This document shows, piece after piece, positions 37,249 through 49,300 of a stretch of 64,000 nt of DNA. How positions within the stretch are numbered: position 1 is the first letter of the stretch; every line of letters begins with the position of its first letter. Location of the stretch: NCBI RefSeq assembly GCF_020745735.1, contig NC_083417.1, positions 72,044,001-72,108,000 of the forward strand, read 5' to 3'. The stretch comes from Hemiscyllium ocellatum (taxonomy: Eukaryota). The translations under genes and the position numbers were made by a program. The notes below the pieces were generated by a model. That model searched no databases and was not told the origin of the DNA. It was given only the letters and a program-made list of their open reading frames with translations.

Positions 37249-38361
37249 GTTAGGTAGGATTCGGTCGGCGCAACATCGAGGGCCGAAGGGCCTGTACTGC
37301 GCTGTATCCTTCTATGTTCTATGTAAAACATTAATGGACTGGGCACGCAGTAGTGATTTGCATATATGGGCAATAGTGAAGTTAAACAAAAGAGAGAGTC
37401 TAACAAAAATAATAGATATGTTCAGGCGAAAACAGAACACCTCGATAATATATAGGATGTCTAATTTGCCATCACAAGGAATGGATCGAAGTGAGGATGG
37501 ATTTAAGGTAAATCCAGACCAGTTCACGAGGTGTCCTTTATTAAACACTATTGCATTGTAGTTTGTGACGTAAAGAGAGTTGGGAGGATGATGGTGTGGA
37601 GCATACTAAATGGCTCAGTCCTGTTGAGTTCCCGTGCTTTAAAGATTAAGATCATCTGCTTAGCAATGCTATGCGACATGACTGACCAAGTAAATCGTCT
37701 GATAAAATAAAATCTAATTGGACAACCGTCTTCGATATTCTGGATTCCCATTTAAAATGTATGCCAGTAATGCATTTATTCAATTGCCTTTGCAGGAATC
37801 TAGAGATTGAAGACTAAACTAACGTTCAATTGCCAGAGGCGAGCAACGGTTACATCGCCTGCACTTTCCACCAACTCCATCAATCACAATATAGTTCACA
37901 AAGAATCCTCCACCTGCACAGATATTAGTAGAAGGTCATTGCATTGTGATTTGTGACGCAGGGTGGGAGGATATTTGTGTAGAACATAAACTGTGGCTGA
38001 GGCCTGTTCAGTTCCAGTGCTGTAAACATCAAGGTAAACCGCTAAGTAATGCGATACGACATGACAAGTGAATAACACGGGACTGGACAGCGGTCTTCAC
38101 CGCTTTTCCTTCCCATTTAAGAACCGTGACAGACATGCATTGATTCTCGTGCTTTTGCAGGATTCGTGAGATTTGCACAAAATAAAACAAAAAAAAAGTT
38201 TATTTATCACAATCCAGTTTTTGTTACAACTCCCACTCCTTCTTCCACTTCCATTCAATGACGGTGTAGTTCATGAGCAACTTAACGCATAAAGTTAACC
38301 TTCGTATTCAACTAATGCAACTTCCCCGAGTAACTGTAATATCATTGAACATTGTTGGAGT

Positions 38362-38756
38362 TCATGGATTCCAGGGGCTCCCGCTTCCCTTGCACATCTC
38401 GACCCCTGCATACTCCGCCGGTTCGTTCCTCTGTTTTCGTCTTGACATTTTCTCGAAGGTGGTGAGATTCAAAGACGCATTCATCAGTTCACCAACTGTG
38501 CGGTGCTTAGCCTGCGTGAGAACGAATGAATTATGAGGACGTCTTCTGACTCTGTTTAATAAAATCATTCAGGTTGTCCGTGTACATTACTGAGATCGGA
38601 TTTATATTAGAGTGATCCCGTTTGGAATTGTTAATTTTCAACACAGTACCTGAGCATCGACAACTCTTCCTACATTAACGGTCTCCCGGTTTTTCTTGGG
38701 TCGCTGAAGTTGAGAACCTCATAAATCGGACTTACTATTTCTCTGACGCATTTGAT
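38362..38756 (-). pseudogene. Cassette B, copy 2
   Basis: Exon relics at 38756-38650 (107 nt) and 38511-38362; LMNASL replaces LTYASL. Confidence 0.75.
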
Positions 38757-41700
38757 CTGAGGAGAAGTTTGCGGAAACTTTCGCCACATGTGAATTTAGA
38801 AAGAAATGTACTGTAAACGCAATAGTATTACATGTTGGGGGTGATCAGTTGCTGCATATCAGGGCTTTGCGATCACCGGTGCCAAGCCCAGCAGCTCTCA
38901 TTCCGACCCGTTCACAGAAATAATCATTCAAGTTCCTCACCCAGAGTTCGTCCTGCACCCTTGTCCTCAAAGTCATCCTTAATAAACGGGGGTCCAGCAA
39001 ATCAGTGAAAACAAAACACTTACATATTTACAAAGAGGTTTCAGCCAGAACAGCCAAGTGTATGATCCATCTTGATGTCCTCCTGTGCTCCACAGTATTA
39101 CAAATGCCCGTCTTCAGGCAATCCAATACACTTCATTTGCAATCATTAAACAGTCGGAGAGACTGGAGATTACAAATGCACCGTGACAGCAGACTTCTGC
39201 TCCAGAATTTGCCGCAACGCTAGCTAAGCTGTTCTGTATAACCTCAAACCAGGCATCTGTGCAAAACTGCAGAAAAGAATCGGGGTGTGTCCACATATGC
39301 GAATAGTATGATAAAGCAAATACTGTCCGATCAATCTACGACCTGTTATCTGCTTTTTCCACTCAGCACCTGATTTCATTCCACACTTTACAGGACTCTT
39401 TGCAATTCTCCAGGAGCTTCTGGTTTTATTGTAGATTACCATCATTTGCAGCACTCTGGTTTGTTTTAATCAGACGTTTGGGAAAAGCATAATATGATTA
39501 GGCAGAGTCAAAGGGGACTATTAGGTTAAAAATTATAGTGGGTAATACCATGACATTTGTTAGGACAGATGAGAGGGAAGTACTGGTTACAGTTAGAGAA
39601 CAAAGAATGCGCTCAGGTTTGACAGGAAAGGTTATTAGAAATAATCTGACTTATGAGATTTGAGATAATATATTACCATAGATTGAACATTAGCGATCAG
39701 GTAGAAATTGGAAAAGTCAACGATTTTTATTTTGTGGGATGGGAAGGTAAAGCATTTTCCAGTGCAGGGTCACAAGGATTTGTGCTTGAGACTTAGCAAT
39801 CTACAATCTGTATCAGTGACCGATATGAAGTTAGGCAAATGTAATTAGTTCAGATGCTCTACAATATGGAAACAGGCCCTTCAGCCCAACAAGTCCACAC
39901 ACACCCTCCGAGTGTAACTCACCCAAACCTACTCCCGTACCCCATTTTTAAACCTGACGAATGCACTAACATTATGGGCAATTTAGCATGGACAATTCAC
40001 CTGACCCGCACATCTTTGGATTGTGGGAGGAAACCAGACCACCCGGAGGAAACCCATGCAGACACGGGGAGAATGTGCAAACTCCACACAGACAGTTGTC
40101 GGGGCAGGAATCGAACGCAGGATCATAACACAGTGAGGCAGCAGTGCCAACCACAGAGCCCCCATGCACCATGAAAAGCTGCTAACATTGCCCAATAACC
40201 ACTCAAATTATGTAATGTAGAATCCCTAGAGTGCAGGAAGAGGATATTCGGCCCAACAAACCCAGACTCATTCCCCAGACTAGTTTACTTAACTTGCACT
40301 CTAAGCACACTTTGACATGACCATCTAACATGCCTGTCTATGAATTTTTGGGGGAAAACGGAATGACCGGAAGAAAGTCGCGCATAGAATTGGAAACTCC
40401 ACAAAGTCACCCGAAACAGGTGTCGAAGGCGGGTCGCTGACATCGTGAAATAGCAGCGCTAACCACTGAACCACTGTGCTGCCCTGCGGCGCTGCCTTTT
40501 GGGAAGGCAAATCAGCGCAGGAATTTTACACTTAATGGTAAGGTTCTGGGAAGTGTGACTGAACAAAGAGACCTTGGAGTGCAGTCGCAGGCAGACAGGA
40601 TAGGGAAGAGGACGTTTGATACACTTGTCTTTATTGGTCAATGCATTGCACGTAAGAGTTGGGTGGTCATGTTGCGGCTGGACATGTCGTTGGTTTGGAT
40701 GTTGTGAAACTTGAAAGGGGTAAGAAAACAATGACATGAATGTTGCCAGTGTTGGAAGTTTTGAGCGAGAGAGAGAGAGGTTGAACAGGCTGGAGCTATT
40801 TTCATTGAGGCGTCGGAAGCTGATGGGTGACCTCATAGAGGTTTATAAAATCATGAGGATCATGGAGAGTGTAAATAGACAAGGTCTTTTCCCCAGAGTG
40901 GGGGAATCTAAAACTAGAGGGCGTAGCATTATGGTGAGAAAGGAAATATTTTAAAAGGACCTAAGGGGGAACCTATTCACGCAGAGTGGTGCGTGTATGG
41001 AATGTGCTTCCAGAGGAAGTGGCGGAGATTGGTACAATTACAACATTTAAAAGGCACTTGGGTGGGTTAATGGGTCGGTAGGTTTTAAAGTGATATGGGT
41101 AAAATCCTGGCTGATGGGACTTCATTAATGTAGTATCCCTGTTCGGCTTGGACAAATTGGACCGTTTCCGTGATGTACTTAATGACTCTGAGTGACTCTA
41201 AGCTCTATATTATAACTTTGTGACTCTGAGCGATTACTCGTTTTCAATCAGTGTTTTCAGTCAAGACTGTCTCTTGATCGAGGAACCACGCAAGAGCTAG
41301 AGCACAGTTTGTGAAGTGTGAAGTTATATCTTTTGAAGTGATTAAAGTGAGTAACGAAAATGTATATGATGTCGAAGGCCTGGGGAAATTTGTTTCACGG
41401 TCGTTTAGGAGACTTAAGGAGGAACCAGAACAAATAATCATTCCAACACAGTAAGCAATCAGGGAATCTGATCACGTGTCAGTTCTGATTAGACATGAAT
41501 TATAATATACAAGTTAAAGAGATTTTACACAATTGTGCAGTACTTCAATAAGATGGCATTCATTGTATTGGTTTCAATTTTCATTTCTTTACGAAAGAAA
41601 GCATACACCTGTTTTGAAAACCATACACCAAATTTTTTTTTAGATTCACGCAAGGTTTCAGAGAATTCTTCTGTGCAGCAAGGTTTAATTCATCACAGCA

Positions 41701-43079
41701 TTAACTAACTTTAACCAGACGCCATCTCATTGGAAGATGTAAAAATAATCAAATCATAATCTTGGTGGAGTTAATGTAGGAAATCATTGCTATGAGCGAT
41801 GGCCAAAATCACTTCTTCTCAAAAAGGGACTGATCAGATGAGGAGAACTTCCTTCCTTCAAGGTGTTGTAGATCTTTCGACTCCTCAACCTAACAGGAAT
41901 ATGTCTAGTTCAGCAGGGAATTGCTCCTATATTGCTATATCGACCATCCTGCGAAGTATCTTTGTTTGTTTATAAGTTATCTAAGAAATCTGGCTATAGT
42001 CAAAAGTGAAAGAAACGTTATTTTGTCTATTCAAGACAGACATGCATTCTTTTATGGGCATTCAGGTGATCATGACTTGTACTGAGAGTGTCTGAGGCAA
42101 TTATGGTCAAAGAACCTATTCTGTTTCTAGTCCTTATAACAGGTGTCATTACGTTTGTACAATATATTCATTGAGTTGGCTGAAAGGAGATATTTACATT
42201 TATGGGCGGTGCGGGAAATAGAAGTTGGAAACAAAAAAAAGTGTCTAATTAGAAAAAAGGTTTGGAGAAAATAAAACACCCGGGAAAGGTTTAGAACGTG
42301 TTATTCACCATCACAAAGAATGAATGGACTTGAGAATGGATTTAGGAGGAACCTGGACAAGTTCATGGGGGAGACATTAATAGAAGGCTATTGCATTCGG
42401 TTTTGTGAAGTAGGGCAGGATCGTGGAAATTCGTACAGAGCATCAAGTGCGGCCTCGACCTGTTCAGTTCCTGTGTAGACATTAATATAGATTGCTCAGC
42501 AATACTATCTCATTATTAAATAGTCTGATGCACAATATTTTGATGTTAAGATGCCAATGTTGGGCAGAGATAGACAAAACTGAAAATCACACGACTCTAG
42601 ATTTGAATCCAACAAGGACTATCAGTTTGGACTATAACCTTGAGTCCTATGATTTTCAATTTTGACTACAATTTGACTGAAAGAGGGGGAACACTGCGGG
42701 CTCACAACGCCAGGAAGCAGGGCTGGATTTCACCCTCAGTTGTTATCTGTGTGGAGTAGCACATTCTCCCCGTGTCTGCGCGGGTTTCCGCCCCGTCCTC
42801 CGGTTTCCTCCTGTGCAGGCTACGTGGATTGGCAATGGGAAAAGCAGGTTTACAAGCATTGGTGTGGGATGAATTTCGGAGGATCAGCGTGGACTTTATG
42901 GGCCCAATGGCCTGCTTTCACACTGTAGGGATTCAATGATTCTCATCATTCCCATTTAACACAATGACAATAATGGATTTATTCCATTGCTTTTACAGGA
43001 ATCGAAGGCTTTGAATGATAAACAGAGGTTCAGCAATTAGAATACAACATCGATTAAGGTATCGTTGACAATCAACCCA

Positions 43080-43310
43080 TCACCTCTGGCTTGTTGTCAT
43101 TTTCAAATAAACAAAACAAAAACAACTTTTCTGTAACTGTACTATCACTGAATATTGTTGGAGTTCATGGAATCCAGGCTTTCCGCTTCCCTTTTTTATT
43201 TTGACCTCTGCATACTCCGCCTCCTTTTTATTCGGTTTTCTTGCCATTTTCTCGGAAGCAGAAAGATTCAAAGACGCGTAGGTCAGTTCGCCAGTTGTCC
43301 GGTGCTTTGT
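43080..43310 (-). CDS. Terminal cytoplasmic exon with ITIM and extended C-terminus (gene in copy 3)
   Basis: TKHRTTGELTYASLNL...AEYAEVKIKKGSGKPGFHELQQYSVIVQLQKSCFCFVYLKMTTSQR*. Confidence 0.8.
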   Translation of the reverse strand, partial: TKHRTTGELTYASLNLSASEKMARKPNKKEAEYAEVKIKKGSGKPGFHELQQYSVIVQLQKSCFCFVYLKMTTSQR

Positions 43311-46300
43311 CTGTAATAAAACAATGAAATATAAGTAGTTTCTGCTACTCACTTTAATAAAATTATTCAGGCTGTCGGTGTACATTACCAAGCATAAAAT
43401 CACACAACACCAGGTTGTAGTCCAACAAGTTTAATTGGAAGCAAGACCTTTCGGAGCACCTCTCCTTCATCCGATGTTTGTAGAGTACACAACTGTAAGA
43501 CACAGAATTTATGAGAGACTTAACAAACAATGCAAGGTATTTTGCAATGTGTAATTTCAGTTACATCATACTGTAAACTTTTGCTATAAATTCTTTGTCT
43601 TAAAATTGTGTATTCCAGAACCACTTGAGGAAGGAGCTGCGCTCCGAAAGCTTTTGCTTCCAATTAAACCTGCTGGACTACAACCAGGTGTTGTGCGATT
43701 TTTAACTTTGTACACCCCAGTCCAACATCGGCATCTCCAAATCGTACATGACTAAGGTCAGACGTGTGTTAGAGCGGTCCCCATTGGAAAACCGATGGTT
43801 AATTTTCATGACAGTACCTGCGCATACACAAAGCTCTCTTTCTGCGTTAGTAGTTTTGCAGGTTTCCTCTCTCCGCTGAAGTGGAGAGCAGCATAAATCG
43901 GACTCACTGCCTCTCTGTCCCGATTGACCTGAGGAAGATTTTGCAGAAAGGTTAGCCAGCAAGTTTAAAAAATGTAATCACAAATCGAGCTGTGCCTCTG
44001 CTCCTGACTGAAGAGCAGGCCAACTGATCGTAAAAAAACGCAAACATTTAAAATGTCTTTGAGAGTTTCGGGCTTGTCTGGACTCTACGTCATTGTCCCA
44101 ATGGATCACTGTCTCGCGTTCATATCAGAGCGATGCACTGGGGACACCGTGAACTCGATATGCGTGCCGTCGAAGGACACCGTCTGAGATTCCTGGAGAA
44201 TGGATAGAAATTACCCGTATGTAGACAACATCCCACTCACAGTTTCGTTCTCGTTGTCATAAGTAGAAACTGACCTGTTCCTCAAATTGGCTGTTCATGT
44301 CCTCAGCAATCACGTTGCCTGTCAGAGAACCGAATGGCATTACACACATGATCATTTTCACAATGTATCACAAGCCCGCAAGAAATTAAGCCCCGTTGAA
44401 GCAAAGTGAGCAGGCTCGCCGAACGCTAGCATTCTGCTGTATATCTGGATGAGATGAGCTGCACATTATGCGCACTGCACTTGAAGATTTCATTCCAGAC
44501 TGCCCGTCCCCTTTCTCTCCTACTGCAACAGTGACATGGAACAAGAGATGAAAGCCCAGTACAGAATCAGGAAAAAGTCTCACCAGTTGTTTTGTCTAAT
44601 TTGCACCCCTTGAAGACAATTCCCAGAACTAAAATCATAATCCCGCCTGCTGCACAACCAAAGACTAAGGCGTAGTAGAAAGTACGGTCTTGGTTACCTA
44701 TAGGGGACAGAGAAAGTGTAATGTTAGCATTTTTAAAAGCAGATGATACAACGTATTCGACAATTCCAGGTTACAGACTACACTCACAATTTAACCGTCT
44801 CTGCCACATACCTGCTGCTTATCCCCGAACGCAAGGCTACGTTGTCCCTTTATCGACCAACTAATTGAACCACAAAGCGCCTATCCATTTCGAAAACACC
44901 AGCATGTGTTTAATTAATGACCGTATTTGATTTAATGAATATTCAGCATTGTTTAAAATCCCTCCGCGAATTAGCGCGTATTTACCAGGTGTAATGATCT
45001 CCACCTCGTTCCACACGTCATTCAAACAGGCGAAAGAATTGACCCTGTGCCCACCATTTACGAACATGCTTCCTATATTCTTATCCCAATCATTTAGATA
45101 AATAACAAGCACTGGACACAGCCTTGATCCATGCGGGACACCACTGGTCACAAGACTTCAGTCCGTAAAGCAATTTTCTACCACCATCCTGTCTCCTCCC
45201 GTCAAACCAATTTTGTGTCCAATTGTCCAGCTCTCCCTGAATTCCACGTGATCTAATTTTACTAACAAGTCTGCCAAGCGGAATCTTGCCGAAGGAACAT
45301 GTACCAAAAGACTGGATGATTACATCAGCTTTTACTATTGGCGCATGGGATATGGGTATCTGTGGCTGAGGCAGCATTTGTTGTCCATTTCTTTGTAGTA
45401 GAGTCGCTGTTGTAACATATGAATTGTAGCATCGCTTATGGACACTGTTTTTGAAAGGCCAATGTGATAGTGATCAGACCATGTGATTCTGTGATGTGGA
45501 TTTCGGGGGATAAGTATTCACGCAGGGCTTACTTGCTGTTCTGCAAAATGGCGTGCTGGATGTTTTGTTCCTACGTGAAGGGACAATCGGTTCAAGCAGA
45601 TTTTCCTCCTCCTCGGATGCTGCCTGACCTGCTGTGCATTTCCAGTACCACCTGTTAGGATATTATAGAAGCCCATGAGAGGACAGAGATGCAGTTACTT
45701 CTTAGGACATTGGGGGCGCTGTGAACCTATAGTTTAAAATGATGACCAAAGTAATTTTTAATTCTGGGATTATTGCCATAACAACTAACAAAGCTGATGT
45801 TCAAATGAAAGAACATCAGCAAGGTCAATTTTGCCTGCTAAACTAAGTGATTAGATTAAGGTAAACTATGTGATAAAAAGACTAGGAAAAATGTCTCGAT
45901 CATCGTAATTCTTTGTGTCCATGATACAGAATGTTCCTAATATATGTAAAGCCTTTGTAAAAATGTTTCCAGAATACATAGAACCTTTGTTTGCAAATTA
46001 TACCATTTTGAAGAAGGCTTTTGTTTGTGAAAGATCACGTTGCATGAATTGAGATTAGAAAATAGTATAACTAATGGAGCTTATCGATAGATTTTCAGAA
46101 CTTGTACATTTTCTCCAGCGAACCATTCGATCTTTCGTGCTTCGCTGTAACAGCTAAGTTTCTGCTGCTAAATAAACGTCCCTGCTTTTTATCAAATAAT
46201 TGGGTAAGTGTGGTCACTCCTTAAAAGAACACGCTTGGACGAATTCCGTCCTAACACACCTTAATCTTGAGTCTAATCTCCAGCGTCTACAGTCCCCACT

Positions 46301-49300
46301 TTAGCCGCAGAAAGACCGCACCTTCAACTGAGCAATACTGCCTCTGCACTGCGGGGCTCTGCCAAATCATTGTGCTCCGGATCGGAAGAGGAATTGACGC
46401 TACGGCCTTCAAAAACAGAAATGAGCGATCAGACCAACTGAGGTGCGTACCAAGGCAGTAACCACGGAGTGCCCAGGAAGTGAATGGAGAGCGAGTGGCG
46501 TCTGATGTTGGACGCATTACGGTGATGGAGATAAGGAGGACAAGAAAGTGGGAGGTGAATATAGAGAGAAAAGTAACTTTGATTTTTCCAATAAGACCAA
46601 GAGTGAATTGGAGAGAGAGAGAAAAAGAGAGAGAAAGACAGACTGAGAGCGAGAGCAAGAAAGTGTTTATCATCAGTTTTGTGGATGAAACCTCGCGTCA
46701 GACGAGGAAACTGGCCACAGACATGCTGGTTCCCGGACACAGTGCAGATGCAGTGCAGGCCGGTTTCTGTTTGCGGTAAATTTTGAACTGACGGCTTCGT
46801 AACACTTCAAATCTGTTTTTAACGTTGGCTGAAGAACCAAGCATCCGGGAACGGAATGGACTCTTGTATTTTTAATATTGATGACAGATATTAGGTTCCT
46901 TTGTATATCAAAAAGGGAAAACCGGTGACCCTTACCGTGGTTCGGAATTTTGTCGCTGATGTTTGCCGGGACGCTGAGTGTATTGTGAGAAATCTGGCAG
47001 GTGTAGACTGACCCCTTCTCCGGAAGACTGAGCTCGCTGGAAACGTGAAATAAACCCTCTTCGTTCAGCATTTTCCTGATGTTGACGCCAGACGTGATTT
47101 CGGAGAAATTTTTATACCACACGAGTTCAAACTGCCCCGGGAAGAAGCCAGCTGTCGTGCAGAGGAGAGCGAGGAAGGGCGAGTACTGGCGGGTTATCTT
47201 CAGCGGGGTTGGCGGCACTGGAACACAATAACAATCAATAAATCAACATCGGAAGTTGTGTGTGACTTGGACAGCTGACAGAACCGAACAGCCTGTCAAA
47301 AGGCATAGATGTTTTTTGAATTTTGGAGGGAATTTTTTTAAATCACCCTAATAATGTTAACAAATAAAGTTCCAATTCTGAAACCTAAAATCGATGTATG
47401 CTTGTTAAACCGCTCCTTCTTTTTTATTCAGATAGAAAGTGGAGATAAATGGAGTGGACAAAACCATGCACAAAACAGACAAAATGTTGGACGAGGCACG
47501 TGCTCTGCGCACGCAGCTCTGAATCTATATTGAATAAACAGTGGTCACAGTTAGTCAGAGTCCATACTAAATAATCGCCAGGTGCACCAGACACCCTCAG
47601 TTTATTGTCCATTGAACAATCACTGGTTCAATTGGATACCAGAAATTCAGAGTCTGCTCAATGGATCCACCAGACATTCTCAATCCACAGTTTGCATTTA
47701 ATTATAATTGGTCCCATCAAAAGCCTCAATCTCAAGTCCAGGACTGGTCGTGTCTTTGTATTTAGGTTGCAATGAAACGATGATTGAAGATGAATAAAAA
47801 CGGGGCGTTCAGTTTCTATCACTAGCGTGACACTATCGCAAATACAAGCTTAATCCAATTTACTTTTCACTCCCTTTCTTTTTTCTTTCTCGTTTCGATT
47901 ATTGAGCTTGGAATTTAACCCTCTACCCGTCTGTCCGAAGGTACATTTGCATTTGAGATCAATCCAACCTCTACCCGCAACTGTTAAAAACTGCAAAAGA
48001 AACATAGCATCCTAAAGTCAAGAATTCCTTTGTTTGCTCGGCCCCGCCCCTCAAAAGATGCCAAATAGCCAACTTTTTTCAAGGAAAGGTATACATGCAA
48101 TGTTGGTGTTTCTATCGATTTCATATTCTATTTCCTATTTCCAATTGCCCTTGCGAAGATGGGAGTAAGCTGTCTTCTTGCACCACGGCAACCCACGGAG
48201 GTATGCCTGCACCCGAAATGTTGCAAAGAAAGGAGTTTCAGAATTTTGACCCAGCGACACTATTATGGGAATAGTGATACATTTCAAAGTTGGGATGTTG
48301 AAAGCTTTGGAAGGGAAGTTGTAGGTGGTCATATTACCATGTATCTGCTGCTGTGGGCTTTGTAGGTGCTGTTGACGAATATTGAGTGAATTTCGACATT
48401 GCGTATCCTCTAAACTTTTCCTATTCATACGCCCACCCAGATGCCTTTAAATGTTGTAATTGTACAAGTATCCACGAGCATTCTAGCCTTGTACTAGCCT
48501 TCTCACAGCTTATTCCATGCACTCACCACACTCCTCGTGAAAATTTGCCCCTTAGGTCCATTTTAAATTATTCCCCTCTCACCCTAAAACTTTCCACTGT
48601 GGCTCTGTACTCCCCCATTCCAGGGAAAAGACCTTGTCTCTTTAATTTATCACGCCCGTCATGATTTTATAAACCTCTATCAGGTCACCCCAAAGCCGCT
48701 GACGCTCCAGCGAAACCAACTCAAGCCTATTCAGCCCCTGCCGATAGGTCAAATCGTCCAAGCCTGGCTGCATCTTTGTAAAGCTTTTCTGATCGCTTTC
48801 AAGATTCACAACATCCTTCTGGTAGGAAGGAGATCAGAATTGCATACCGTATTCCAAATGTTGCCTCACCAATCAACCTGCACTCCAAGGTCTCTGTTCA
48901 GCAACATTTACCAGGACGTTCCCATTATGTGTATAAGTTCGACCCTGATTTGCTTTTCCAAAATGCAGGACCTCACATTTGTCTAATTAAACTCCATCTG
49001 CCAGTCTTCTGCCCAGTGGCCATCTGATCAAGTTCTTGTTGTTCTCTGAGGTAACCGTCTTCGCTGTCCACAGCACATGCAATTTTGTTATCGTCCACTA
49101 AATTACTTACTTTACCTCCTATGTTCGCATCCAAGTCATTTATGTAAATGACGAAAAGCAGTGAACCCAGCAGCGATCCTTATGGCACACCACTGGTCAC
49201 AGGCCTCCAGTCAGAAAGGCGATCCTCCATGGCCACCCTCTGTTTTCTACCTTTGAGCCAGTTCTGTATCCAAATGGCTAATTCTCCCTGTATTCCGTGT

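Larger units (their letters stand above)
33053..37324 (+). mobile_element. Apparently full-length CR1-clade LINE with intact ORFs (HER1-like)
   Basis: 5'UTR, ORF1, ORF2 and a 3' tail GGCCGAAGGGCCTG...(TTCTATG)2. Absent at the equivalent sites of copies 1 (~11728) and 3 (~59960). Confidence 0.95.
16274..41536. repeat. Tandem segmental duplication, unit copy 2 (includes a 4.3-kb CR1 insertion)
   Basis: Collinear with copies 1 and 3. Confidence 0.95.

Noticed and set aside
33729-37406. Several 75-190-aa minus-strand ORFs (33829-34242, 34335-34784, 36033-36554, 36843-37406)
   Set aside because: Antisense shadows of CR1 ORF1/ORF2 with no independent motifs.
46936-47217. Positive selection on the C1 exon
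   Set aside because: About 8 nonsynonymous versus 4 synonymous changes between copies 2 and 3 does not exceed neutral expectation.
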